DNA of 64,000 nt. Source: an uncultured Acidobacteriota bacterium. GTDB taxonomy: Bacteria; Acidobacteriota; Thermoanaerobaculia; Multivoradales; UBA5704. Under the pieces are notes generated by a model that was not told where the DNA came from, did not search any database, and was given only the letters and a program-made list of their open reading frames with translations. Made by a program: the position numbers and the translations under genes. Numbering within the stretch: position 1 is the stretch's first letter; each line of letters begins with the position of its first letter. The stretch covers positions 2,144,001 through 2,208,000 of the forward strand of contig CAVYRF010000002.1 in the NCBI GenBank assembly GCA_963770895.1. The letters are read 5' to 3'. Shown here piece after piece: positions 9,424 to 18,709 of this stretch.

Positions 9424-9597
9424 ATGAAAAAGAACGTCAGGAAGCTCCAGCTCAATCGCGAGACCCTGCACTTCCTCAGGTTCACGGACGTGACCGGCGG
9501 CGCCACCGCGACGGTCTGCTCCAGGATTTGCGGCGTCACCGACGGCGGCGGCGGCGTTTGCACAGGAGCCCATTGCACAGGAGCCGATTGCAACTAG
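9424..9597 (+). CDS. Lanthipeptide-like RiPP precursor peptide (57 aa; absent from the ORF track)
   Basis: MKKNVRKLQLNRETLHFLRFTDVTGG-ATATVCSRICGVTDGGGGVCTGAHCTGADCN*; GGAG RBS at 9413-9416; KLxLNRETL leader, double-Gly site, core with 5 Cys and 6 Ser/Thr. Confidence 0.85.
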   Translation: MKKNVRKLQLNRETLHFLRFTDVTGGATATVCSRICGVTDGGGGVCTGAHCTGADCN

Positions 9598-9692
9598 CAG
9601 AGGATGTCGGGTGAACCACGGCGACGGCGGTGAAAGCCGCCGCCGCCGCGCCCCGAGGTCCCACCGCCGTTGCCCTGCAACGAGCGCCCGTC

Positions 9693-10094
9693 TCAGGGTT
9701 CCGCGGCGCGCTGCGCAGTCCCGAAGTCATGGAACACGCGGAACAGATTGCCGTCCAGATCTGCCGCGGTAAACTCGAACAAGCCCCACTGCTTCGGCTC
9801 CGGTGCGGATATCAATTTGACGCCGCTGGCGCTCCACGCGCGATACAGCTCATCCACGTCAGCGTTGCTCTCCAGATTCAGCCAGACCAGTGCCGGCCCG
9901 GCGTTGCCATATCCCTTGCGGTATTCCTGACTCGCCAGAAAGATCCGGCAGCTGCCCCTTGAAACACCTGCCAGTCCGAGCTCCTCGCCGCCCCAATCGA
10001 GCGTGAAGCCCAGGTTGGTTTGGTAGTAAGCCGCCGCTCGCTTCATGTCTTTGACCGGTATCTCGGGAACGGCGCTCGGAAACTCTGCGTTCAT
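9693..10094 (-). CDS. VOC/glyoxalase/bleomycin-resistance family protein
   Basis: AAGGAG RBS then MNAEFPSAVPEIPVKDMKRAAAYY..LGF, VDELY, PEPKQWGLFEFTAADLDGN. Confidence 0.85.
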   Translation of the reverse strand: MNAEFPSAVPEIPVKDMKRAAAYYQTNLGFTLDWGGEELGLAGVSRGSCRIFLASQEYRKGYGNAGPALVWLNLESNADVDELYRAWSASGVKLISAPEPKQWGLFEFTAADLDGNLFRVFHDFGTAQRAAEP

Positions 10095-10096
10095 GG

Positions 10097-11117
10097 TCAC
10101 TCCTTGGTCGCCGGCACGGCAAGGGCGGCGCCGATGGTTGCCGGCTCGACCGGGGGCGCCGCCCTGGCGGAGCGATCGGTCGATGGCGTCCAGCAGGCGC
10201 ACGACGCGCAGGCCGGATGCGCCGTCCGAGATGGGGCGGTTGCCGGTCTTGATGGCGCGCACCAGGTCGGCGACGGCCAGGGCCAGGGGCTCGCACGCGT
10301 CGTTGCAGGGGAGGTCACGGCCGGCGTCGAAGACGCCGGCTCTCCAGGGCGGGGCGTCGAAGATGCGCAGCTTTTCCTGGGACGCGAGGTCGTCCCAGAG
10401 AACGGTGCGGCGGTCGCCTCCCAGGAGGATGCGCCGCTGTTTGAAGGGGGCGACCCAGCTGACGTGGAGGTGGGCCAGCAAGCCCGAGGGGTAGCGCAGG
10501 GTGATGAAGGCCAGGGCGGCGCTGCCGTCCGCCAGGTGGCCGGCGGCATGTGCCGAGATCGCCTCGGGCGACTCCTGCCGCAGCAGGCGGTCGAGCAGCG
10601 CCAGGTCGTGCACCGCGAGGTCCCAGGCCACGTTGACGTCGCTGCGCACCCGCCCCTGCGCGATGCGCGTCGAATCGTAGTAGGTCAGCGCGCCGAGGTC
10701 GCCGCGGTCCACCAGGTCGGCGAGGCGGGAAAACGCCGGCGCGAAGAGGTAGGTATGGTCCACCAGCAGGACCCGGCCGCGCCGGGCGGCTTCCGCGACC
10801 AGGCGCTCGGCGTCTTCGACCCGCGTCGCCAGGGGCTTTTCGACCCACACGTGGAGGCCCGCGGCCAGCGCCCTCCGCGCCAGCGGGAAATGGGAGCCGG
10901 CCGGCGTCGCGACGACGACGGCATCCAGGGTGCCATCGGTCAGGAGGTCCACGTCGCGCGCCACCACGCGCGTTTCTGGATGGTCGCGTGCGGCCAGCGC
11001 GCGCCGGGCGGCATCCGGGTCCCCCACGACCGCCAGGGTCACGGCCGGGTGCGCCCGGAGATTGCGGGCGATGAGGCTCCCCCAAAGGCCGAAGCCCAGC
11101 AGGCCGACGCGGATCAT
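10097..11117 (-). CDS. Gfo/Idh/MocA NDP-sugar oxidoreductase (WlbA/WbpB-like); probable +1 indel near the 3' end
   Basis: MIRVGLLGFGLWG, VATP..H, HVWVEKPLA, WDLAVHD; as read it runs in frame into the VOC gene, but removing one base of the G5 run at 10152-10156 gives ...APVEPATIGAALAVPATKE* ending at 10097. Confidence 0.85.
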
Positions 11118-11587
11118 CGCGCGTCGCCGGGCGGGTGCAGCCGCGCCGGCACTCCTGCCACGACGGCGCCGGGCGGCACGTCGCGGGTCACCACGGCGCC
11201 GGCGCCCACCAGCGCTCCGGCGCCGATCTCGACTCCGCACAGCACCACCGCGCCGCTGCCCAGCGAGGCGCCGCGGCCCACCCGGGTGGGCGTGAGCTTC
11301 CAGTCGTCAGCGGTCTGCAGGCGCCCGGCGGCCGTGGCGCGCGGATACCGGTCGTTGATGAACAGGACGCCGTGGCCGACGAACACCTCGTCCTCGAGCG
11401 TCACGCCGGAGCATAGGAAGCTGTGCGAGGAGACCTTGCAGCGCCGGCCGACGCGCGCGCCGCGCTGGATCTCGACGAAGGCGCCGATCCGGCTGCCGTC
11501 GCCGATCGTGCAACCATACAGATTCACCAGGCCGGGCTGGGGGATGTCCACCCCCTCGCCCAGGACCACGTCGGCGGCAATCGGCAC
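11114..11587 (-). CDS. Hexapeptide-repeat NDP-aminosugar N-acyltransferase (FdtC/QdtC/WlbB-like)
   Basis: VNLYGCTIGDGSRIGAFVEIQ..CKVSSHSFLCSGV..GHGVLFIND.YPRA, left-handed beta-helix repeats. Confidence 0.88.
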   Translation of the reverse strand: MPIAADVVLGEGVDIPQPGLVNLYGCTIGDGSRIGAFVEIQRGARVGRRCKVSSHSFLCSGVTLEDEVFVGHGVLFINDRYPRATAAGRLQTADDWKLTPTRVGRGASLGSGAVVLCGVEIGAGALVGAGAVVTRDVPPGAVVAGVPARLHPPGDAR

Positions 11588-11641
11588 CTGGCTCCTCCCC
11601 TCTCCTGCGCCCGTGGCGCATCCGTCGCGTTGCAGCCGGCC

Positions 11642-12385
11642 TCACCCGCGCGCGGCCAGCGAGCGCACGGCGAACCGGACCTTCTTGCCCAGGGTCCAAC
11701 CCGAGCGGCCATGCCGTCGCGGCGCGCGCTCATAGACCACGGTGGCACAGGGCTCAGTCAGCTCCCGATCCAGGCGGCCGAGGGCCGCAAAGACGTCCAC
11801 CGGAGCCGGCTGGCGCGCCGCCAGGGCAGCCGCCACCGACCGGTCGACCAGGACGAACCCGGCGCCCCCGGGCGGCAGGCCCGCGGCGCCGCGCCACCGC
11901 CGCAGAAGGCCGTGATACAGCCGCCCCGGCGCGGCGGTCAGCGCCGCCCGCCGCGCCGCCGGCGAACCGAGCCCGCCGCGCCGCCGTACCGCCCAGACGA
12001 TGCGCGCGCCGCGGCGCCAGGCGTCCACCATCGCGGGACAGCTCTCGGGCGGATCCTGCAGGTCGGCCGCCAGCAGCAGCACGGCCGTGCCGCGCGCCGC
12101 GGCGAAACCGCGCAGGATCGCCGCATGCGAGCCGCCGTTGCGCGCCAGGCGCAGGCCGCGCACGCGGCCGTCCAGCGCCGCCAGCCGCGCCACCGCGGCG
12201 CTCGTGCCGTCCGTCGATCCGTCGTCCACCACGATCCACTCCCAGGTCGCAACCGCCTGGGCCAGCGCCGCCGCCAACCGCTCATGCAGAAGGGGAAGAT
12301 TCGCCTCCTCCTGGAATGCCGGGGTGACGATCGACAGAGCCGGGACGGCGGCGCCGGCCGGCGGCGGCAGCGGCGGTGGCGTCAC
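11642..12385 (-). CDS. GT2 glycosyltransferase (polyprenyl-phosphate glycosyltransferase-like, no C-terminal TM helices)
   Basis: SIVTPAFQEE, VVDDGSTDGT, LARNGG, AADLQDPP, YER.PR..GRSGW. Confidence 0.85.
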   Translation of the reverse strand: MTPPPLPPPAGAAVPALSIVTPAFQEEANLPLLHERLAAALAQAVATWEWIVVDDGSTDGTSAAVARLAALDGRVRGLRLARNGGSHAAILRGFAAARGTAVLLLAADLQDPPESCPAMVDAWRRGARIVWAVRRRGGLGSPAARRAALTAAPGRLYHGLLRRWRGAAGLPPGGAGFVLVDRSVAAALAARQPAPVDVFAALGRLDRELTEPCATVVYERAPRRHGRSGWTLGKKVRFAVRSLAARG

Positions 12386-13632
12386 CGGCAGGCCTCCTCG
12401 AGCGCCGCGACGACGCGCGCCGGATCACCGTCATCCATCTCGGGGTAGAGCGGCAGCAGGATCGAATGGTCCTGCAGCTCCTCGCTGACCCGCAGGTGCG
12501 GGCACCCGCCCGCCGCGCAATCGTCGCCGCCGGCGCCGCCAGGGCCGCCAGCGTCGCCGGCGCCGCAGCGCCAGGTGCCGGGGGGGAACGCCGGCTCGCG
12601 GTGGGCGCACATCACGCCGCGCCGGGTGGCGATCCCGGCGTCGAGGAGACGCTGCATCACGCGCCGCGGATCGAGGTGCGGGGCAAGCCTCACCGCGTAG
12701 CTCTGCCAGTTGCTGCGCGCCCAGGCGGGTTCATGCGGCGGCGCGACGTCGTTCCTCCCGGCGAGCAGCTGGTGGTATCGCGCCGCCAGGTGGCGCCGGC
12801 GCGCGACCAGCGCCGGCAGCCGTTGCAGCTGGGCGCGCCCCACCGCCGCCTGGAGGTCGCTCATCCGGTAGTTGTAGCCGAGGTCGAGGTACGACTCGAT
12901 CTCGACCCGCGCCGAGGCGTGCCGCGCTTCGGCCGGCAGGCTCATGCCGTGCTGGCGCCAGCGCCGCACCTGCCGGTCGAGCGCGGCGTCGGCGGTGGTC
13001 AACATGCCGCCCTCGCCGGTGGTCAACACCTTGCGTCCGTGGAACGAAAAGCACGCCACGTCGCCGTGCGGGCGCCCGATCGGCTGCCAATCCTGGCCGG
13101 CATCCGAGTCCGCGCCTGAGCCGCGGATGGCACTGCCGATGGCGCAGGCCGCATCCTCGACCAGGGCCAGTCCGTGCCGGTCGGCGAGCCGGCGCAGCGC
13201 CGCCACGTCGCAGGGCATGCCCAGCTGGTGCACGCACAGGATGGCGCGCGTCGCCGCGCCGATCGCCGCCGCCGCCTGACCCGCGTCGATATTGCCGGTC
13301 CGCGGCTCGACGTCGACGAACACCGGCACGGCGCCGCAATAGCGGATGGATGCCGCGCTGGCGACGAACGACGAGCTGACCGTGACCACCTGGTCGCCCG
13401 GCTTTACGCCGACCGCACGCAGCGCCAGGTGCAGCGCCGCCGTGCCGCTCGCAACCGCGCAGGCGTGCGGCGCGCCCACCGCGGCAGCCATCTCGCGCTC
13501 GAATGCCGCCACCTCGGCGCCCTGGCTCACCCAGCCGGAGCGCAGCACGCGGCTCACCGCCGCCTCCTCGGCGGCGCCCAGGACCGGCCGCGCGAGGGGC
13601 AGCCGTCGCGCGATGTCCGGCTCGGTCGCCAT
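12382..13632 (-). CDS. DegT/DnrJ/EryC1/StrS PLP-dependent sugar aminotransferase
   Basis: SGWVSQG, ASGTAALHLAL, VEDAACAIG, FSFHGRKVLTTGEGG (PLP Lys), GYNYRMSDLQAA. Confidence 0.92.
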   Translation of the reverse strand: MATEPDIARRLPLARPVLGAAEEAAVSRVLRSGWVSQGAEVAAFEREMAAAVGAPHACAVASGTAALHLALRAVGVKPGDQVVTVSSSFVASAASIRYCGAVPVFVDVEPRTGNIDAGQAAAAIGAATRAILCVHQLGMPCDVAALRRLADRHGLALVEDAACAIGSAIRGSGADSDAGQDWQPIGRPHGDVACFSFHGRKVLTTGEGGMLTTADAALDRQVRRWRQHGMSLPAEARHASARVEIESYLDLGYNYRMSDLQAAVGRAQLQRLPALVARRRHLAARYHQLLAGRNDVAPPHEPAWARSNWQSYAVRLAPHLDPRRVMQRLLDAGIATRRGVMCAHREPAFPPGTWRCGAGDAGGPGGAGGDDCAAGGCPHLRVSEELQDHSILLPLYPEMDDGDPARVVAALEEACR

Positions 13633-13728
13633 TGGACCTATCCTATGGGTCCAGGGCGGAAAAATCGACGGCGGCCAGCCGGTGGCCGGCGGTCGCGGCT
13701 CGCCGGACATCGGGCTATCCTGGTCTTC

Positions 13729-14439
13729 ATGTCGCCCTCCGATCCCAGCTCCTCCGGCCGCGTCGTGCCGGCGTTTTTCGCCCACCGCGCCATCGAACCC
13801 GACGCGCCCTTCGAGACGGCGCTTGCCGCCCATCTGCGCAGCAGCAGCACCGCCGCCGAGATCGAGGCCTTCTTCGACCAGTTCACCGCCGCGCACGGCG
13901 ACCTGGCTGCGCGCCTGCGGCGGACGGCCCTGCGCGCCCTGCTGGGCCGCCTCGGCGACGGCGCCCAGGTCGGGCTCGGCGTCACCGTCCGGCACCCCGA
14001 AACGTTCACCGTCGGCGCCGGCGTCTTCGTCGGCGATCGCGCCGTCCTCCAGGGGCGGCACGACGGCCGCTGCGTGATCGGCGACCGCACGTGGATCGGC
14101 CCGCAGGCCTTCCTGGACGCGCGCGACCTCGAGATCGGCGACCTGGTGGGCATCGGCCCCGGCGTGCGCATCGTCGGCTCGCGTCACAGCGGCGAGCCCG
14201 CCGCCCAGGCGGTCATCGCAACCGACTTGGAAATCCTGCCGGTGCGCATCGAAAGCGGCGCCGACCTCGGCGCCGGCGCCGTCGTCCTGCCCGGCGTGAC
14301 CATCGGCCGCGGTGCCGTCGTCGGCGCCGGTGCCGTCGTCACCCGCGACGTCCCGCCGCTCGCCGTCGTCGCCGGCGTTCCGGCGCGCCCGCTCCGGCGC
14401 CGCGGCGCGCGCACCGCCCGGCAGGCCGCCGCGGACTGA
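13729..14439 (+). CDS. Hexapeptide-repeat acyltransferase
   Basis: IGDRTWIGP..IGPGVRI..VRIESGADLGAGAVVLPGVTIGRGAVVGAGAVVTRDVP. Confidence 0.85.
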   Translation: MSPSDPSSSGRVVPAFFAHRAIEPDAPFETALAAHLRSSSTAAEIEAFFDQFTAAHGDLAARLRRTALRALLGRLGDGAQVGLGVTVRHPETFTVGAGVFVGDRAVLQGRHDGRCVIGDRTWIGPQAFLDARDLEIGDLVGIGPGVRIVGSRHSGEPAAQAVIATDLEILPVRIESGADLGAGAVVLPGVTIGRGAVVGAGAVVTRDVPPLAVVAGVPARPLRRRGARTARQAAAD

Positions 14440-14452
14440 CCGATGGGTGTGG

Positions 14453-15364
14453 TCAGTGCGCGGCCAGCGCGGCGAGCGCCGCCTCGATGCGCGCCGCGTC
14501 GCCCCGGCGGCCGGCGGCACGGTCGGCGAGCAGCGCCTGCGCCTGGCGATCGCGCTGGCTCGCCGCACGTCCCGTAAGACCCTGTTGCAGCAGCGATCCG
14601 GCGCGTGCATAGTCGCGCCGCGCGATGGCGCTCCAGGCGTCGCGATACGCTTCCCGGATCTGGAGGGCGGCCGGCGCGATCTGCCGCCGCAGCGGCCCCT
14701 CGGCCTGCTCCAGGACCGGCCATGCCGCCGCCAGGTCGCCCGCGGCGGTGGCGAAATCGAAGACCCGCAGCGCGGTGACGCCGTTGTGCAGGTGCGCCAG
14801 CCCGCCGTGCGGCGGCGGATCGGCCGCTTCCCCGGGCCGCTCGTCGCCGCGCCGCACGAACACCGCCGCGGTCGGGCCGTAGAAGATCGCGCGCCAGTCG
14901 GGCGAATCCAGGAAATTGCGCTCGCAGGCGGCCTGGCGGTGCTCGATCACCGCCAGCCGCGCCGGATAGCGGGTCTGGAAGTCGTCGAAGATGCCGCCGT
15001 AGGTGAAACGGGCCTGGTCCTGGAACCACGCACGCCACACGGCATCGAGAGCCAGCTCGCTCGCCCAGGAGCAGTAGATCGCCGTCCGCGAGGTCGGCGT
15101 CCACGAGTAGATCGTCGGATCGGGCACCAACGACCCGGTATCCCGGATCTGCTGCGCGTAGGCCAGGTGGAAGAACAGGTCCCCGTCGAGAACCGGGCCG
15201 GCGTAGCGCACCACGACCACCGCCGCCAGGCACCCCGCCAGCGCCGCCGTCACCAGCAACAGCGGCAGCGGAGCGCGGCCGCCGATGAGCCGCCCGCTCA
15301 GCCGTTGGAGGTTGGCGGCCGGCTGCGGCTTGGCGAGCTGCGGCGGGGGGTCCTCGATCGACAA
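14453..15364 (-). pseudogene. Membrane protein (GT-C-like family) apparently lacking its central TM bundle
   Basis: N-terminal DGDLFFHL..YSWT..SWASE joins directly to C-terminal-type ..DWRAIFYGPTAAVFVRR and a helical tail with only one TM; start uncertain (TTG 15364). Confidence 0.45.
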
Positions 15365-15395
15365 GGCGTGCGCGTCGCGCGTCGCGCGCCGGGTG

Positions 15396-15827
15396 TCAGG
15401 GCTGGCGGGCGACCGCCGGCGCGCCGGCGGCCAGCCGCCGCAACGCCAGGGCGCCGAGCAGCACCGCCAGCGCACCCAGGCCCCACAGCGACAGGGTCGG
15501 GACCAGCACCGCGGCGGGCGTGATCGTGTCGACCTCGGTCAGGGTCACCTCGTCGCCATTCGGGACGGTGCACGATAGCGCCTTTTGCGCGCCGTAGCAG
15601 ATGGGGGCGGGGCCGATGATCGTCTGCACGGAGACGGTCGTCTGCGCCGTTGGCCCGGTGCAGGTCACTGTGGTTTCGAGCTGGATGTTCGCCGGCCCCT
15701 GGCTGCACGATTGGCCGCTCGGCACGCACGGTGGCGGCGTGTACACCTGGCAAGGGTTGGTGGTGGGCGTACAGGTCTGGGCGCGCGCCAGGGTGCCGCC
15801 GGCCGCGAGCGCCAGCATCGCCGCCAC
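15396..15827 (-). CDS. Small secreted Thr/Cys-rich protein with IPTL-CTERM sorting signal
   Basis: Signal-like N-terminus; C-terminal VPTLSLWGLGALAVLLGALALRR. Confidence 0.8.
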   Translation of the reverse strand: MAAMLALAAGGTLARAQTCTPTTNPCQVYTPPPCVPSGQSCSQGPANIQLETTVTCTGPTAQTTVSVQTIIGPAPICYGAQKALSCTVPNGDEVTLTEVDTITPAAVLVPTLSLWGLGALAVLLGALALRRLAAGAPAVARQP

Positions 15828-16014
15828 TGCCAGGGCTCGCCCCAGAGGCAGGCGGCCGGCGGATCGCGCAGCGGCGGATTGCTTGGTTCCCTTCGCGCGG
15901 TCGGCGCCGGAGCGCAGGATACGCCGCCGAAATGCATGCTACCGTCCGGAATCTTGCCTCGTTCCCGTGTGGCGCGAGCATCCGCTAGGCGCGGAACGGG
16001 CTGGAGGGACTGTG

Positions 16015-17031
16015 GTGCACGGCACGATCGCACGGCCCATCCTGGTGACCGGCGGCGCCGGCTTCATCGGCTCCGAGCTGGTGCGCCAGCTGGCGGCCGC
16101 CGGTGACAGCGTCATCGTGCTCGACAACCTGAGCAACGGCAGCGCCAGCCGCCTGGAGGGCCTGCCCGCCGAGCGCGTCCGCCTGGTGGTGGGCGACGTG
16201 CGCGACACGCAGAGTGTCGCCGCGCTCCTGGCCGAGGCCGGCACCGTCTATCACCTGGCCTGCCTTGGGTTGCGCCACTCCCTCCATTCGCCGCAGGAGA
16301 ACCACGAGGTCAACGCCACCGCGACGCTCGCCCTGCTGGAGCTGGCGCGGCGGGCAGGCGTCGCGCGGTTCGTGCACGTGTCCAGCTCCGAGGTCTACGG
16401 ATCGGCCCGCGACGTGCCGATGTCCGAGGACCACCCGACGCGGCCCACCACCGTCTACGGCGCCGCCAAGCTGGCCGGCGAGAGCTACGCCCGCGCCTGC
16501 GGCGCGACGCACGGCCTGCCGGTCGTCGTGGTGCGCCCGTTCAACAGCTTCGGGGTGCACGGCCATCACGAGGGCGACAGCGGCGAGGCCATTCCGCGCT
16601 TCCTTCTGCGCGCGATGGCGGGGCGCCCGCTGACGGTCTTCGGCGACGGCACCCAGACCCGCGACTTCACCTACGTCACCGACACGGCGCGCGGCATCCG
16701 CCTGGCGGGAAGCGCCGCCGCCGCGGTCGGGCGCACGATCAACCTGGGCAGCGGCCGCGAAACCGCCATCGGCGATCTGGCCCGCCGCATCGCCGCGCGC
16801 TACGCCCCTCCCGGCACCCCGGCAGCAGTGGTGCGCCACGACCTCACCCGCCCCGGCGACGTGCAGCGCCAATGCGCCGGCATCGGCCTCGCAGCCAGCC
16901 TGCTCGGCTACCAGCCTGCAGTGACCATGGAGGAGGGACTCGACCGCCTCCACGCCTGGTATCGGGCGCAAGGCCTGGCCGCCGACCGCCTGCTGCAGGA
17001 CCAGGCCGGCGAGATCAACTGGATCTCCTAA
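16015..17031 (+). CDS. NAD-dependent sugar epimerase/dehydratase (extended SDR)
   Basis: ILVTGGAGFIG, SSSEVYG, YGAAK, VFGDGTQTRDFTYV; GGAGG RBS upstream, start approximate. Confidence 0.9.
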   Translation: MHGTIARPILVTGGAGFIGSELVRQLAAAGDSVIVLDNLSNGSASRLEGLPAERVRLVVGDVRDTQSVAALLAEAGTVYHLACLGLRHSLHSPQENHEVNATATLALLELARRAGVARFVHVSSSEVYGSARDVPMSEDHPTRPTTVYGAAKLAGESYARACGATHGLPVVVVRPFNSFGVHGHHEGDSGEAIPRFLLRAMAGRPLTVFGDGTQTRDFTYVTDTARGIRLAGSAAAAVGRTINLGSGRETAIGDLARRIAARYAPPGTPAAVVRHDLTRPGDVQRQCAGIGLAASLLGYQPAVTMEEGLDRLHAWYRAQGLAADRLLQDQAGEINWIS

Positions 17032-17136
17032 CCCGCCGGTTCTCGTTGAGGTCGCGCTAGTCTGGGTTTCCGGCCAGACCTTCGCGGATGGCGGAGGCGT
17101 AGGCGGCGACGTTGTCGTTGATCCGCCGCGGCGATG

Positions 17137-17316
17137 CTATTTGAACACGCCGGCGAAGACGAGCAGCAGGACCAGCACCAGAATGCCGAGGCAGATGCGG
17201 GCGGCGGTCATGAGGTGGGTGCGGCCAGCCGGGCGGCCGCCTTTGACCTTGACGCCGGATAGGGCCACCAGGCCGATGGCCACGACGACGAATCCGAGAA
17301 TGACGATCCAACTCAT
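17137..17316 (-). CDS. Small two-TM membrane protein (59 aa; absent from the ORF track)
   Basis: AAGGAG RBS; MSWIVILGFVVVAIGLVALSGVKVKGGRPAGRTHLMTAARICLGILVLVLLLVFAGVFK*. Confidence 0.75.
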   Translation of the reverse strand: MSWIVILGFVVVAIGLVALSGVKVKGGRPAGRTHLMTAARICLGILVLVLLLVFAGVFK

Positions 17317-17558
17317 GGCTCTCTCCTTGACCGCTCGTTTTTAAGCCCCTGTCGATATCGGAGCTCTTGCAATCTTGGGACCCGGCTGAAGCGCAGGACT
17401 TCGGCGACCCCGCGACAGCCGTTCTGGCGACCGGCTTGGCCGGGAGCCCGGCGGCGCGGCCGCGTGCCTCCCGATATTTGCCTGACGATAGATGTGTTGG
17501 GTATTCTTGATCCAGTGTCGCAGCGTTTCATCACCGTTACGATTATGAGGAGATCGCT

Positions 17559-18059
17559 ATGCATCGTACCTGGAACGGAGCAATTACGGTTGCGGCGGCG
17601 GCTCTCGCCGGCGCGCTCTCTCTATCCCCCGGAGCCGCGGCGCAGGTCGGCGGCGTCGGCGGCATGTCGCACGGCGGCCTCGACTCAGGCCGCAGCATGA
17701 ACCAGATCAAGGACCCGGCGCAGCAGGCGGCCGACGCCTACTCGCGCGGCGCCAAGTACATGCGCAAGGCGGAAAAGGAGAAGGACGCCAAGGACAAGGC
17801 GAAGCTCTACCAGAAGGCGAAGGACGAGCTCACCAAGTCGGTCGGCTATCAGCAGACCTACGATGCGCTGCTGGCGCTCGGCCAGGTAAGCCTGGCGCTC
17901 GACGACCGGTCGTCGGCCGCCACCTACTGTGCGCAGGCCGGCTCGCTCAAGCCCTCCGACGCGGCGGCTCAAGCGTGCGTGCAGACCGCGTCAGCGCCGG
18001 CGGCCGCGACCACCACCGCGACGGCGGCGCCGCCGCCGGCACCACCGCCCCTCCGATAG
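17559..18059 (+). CDS. Secreted helical (TPR-like) protein
   Basis: GAGGAG RBS, signal peptide, helical A..Y..A..ELTKSV..YDALLALGQV..A..YC.QA..LKP, Ala/Pro tail. Confidence 0.7.
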   Translation: MHRTWNGAITVAAAALAGALSLSPGAAAQVGGVGGMSHGGLDSGRSMNQIKDPAQQAADAYSRGAKYMRKAEKEKDAKDKAKLYQKAKDELTKSVGYQQTYDALLALGQVSLALDDRSSAATYCAQAGSLKPSDAAAQACVQTASAPAAATTTATAAPPPAPPPLR

Positions 18060-18070
18060 GATTGCCGGGC

Positions 18071-18122
18071 GCCCCCCGGGCCCCGATCGCGAGCGCGCCG
18101 CCAGGCGCGTCGCGGTCGGGGC
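18071..18122 (+). repeat. REP-like hairpin, copy A
   Basis: GCCCCGATCGCGA-G-CGCGCC-GCCA-GGCGCG-TCGCGGTCGGGGC. Confidence 0.75.
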
Positions 18123-18133
18123 CTCTTGCCCCC

Positions 18134-18664
18134 ATGATCCTCCCCGGTTTTCTGATCACCCTGCTCACCTTGCCGGGTGTCGTGGTCCACGAGCTGGCCC
18201 ACCAGCTGTTCTGCCGCTGGACCGGCACCCGCGTCCTGCGCGTCTGCTATTTCCGCCTTGGCAACCCCGCCGGCTACGTCATCCACGAGCGCCCGACAAG
18301 CGTCTGGAAAAGCATCCTGATCGGCGTCGGTCCGCTCTTTATCAACACCGCGGGCGGCCTCGCCATCGCGCTCGTGGCCATCGCCCTGCACCGCTCCCGG
18401 CACCCCAATCCGTGGCTCTTCGCCGCCCTGATCTGGCTGGCCATCGCGGTGGCCATGCACTCCTTCCCCAGCACCGGCGACGCCAGGGCCATCTGGAGCG
18501 CCCTCTGGGCCAGGGATGCGCCGCTGACCGCCCGGCTTTTCGGCACCCCGCTTGTCGGCCTGATCTACCTGGGCGCGTTCGCCTCGATCTTCTGGCTCGA
18601 CCTGGCCTACGGCCTGGGAGTCGCCATCGGCATCCCCTACCTGCTCCACATCCTGCCCCGGTAG
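18134..18664 (+). CDS. Membrane zinc metalloprotease-like protein (HExxH; DUF3267/M50-like)
   Basis: PGVVVHELAH, GYVIHE, GPL, HSFPSTGD, several TM segments. Confidence 0.75.
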   Translation: MILPGFLITLLTLPGVVVHELAHQLFCRWTGTRVLRVCYFRLGNPAGYVIHERPTSVWKSILIGVGPLFINTAGGLAIALVAIALHRSRHPNPWLFAALIWLAIAVAMHSFPSTGDARAIWSALWARDAPLTARLFGTPLVGLIYLGAFASIFWLDLAYGLGVAIGIPYLLHILPR

Positions 18665-18709
18665 GCTCCCAATCGGCCCTGGCGTGCCCGGCAGTCTATG
18701 GCGCTTCGC

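Noticed and set aside
9693-11240. Apparent Gfo/Idh/MocA-VOC fusion protein
   Set aside because: The VOC part has its own RBS and ATG, and removing one base in the G5 run at 10152-10156 terminates the oxidoreductase 2 bp before that ATG; most likely an indel
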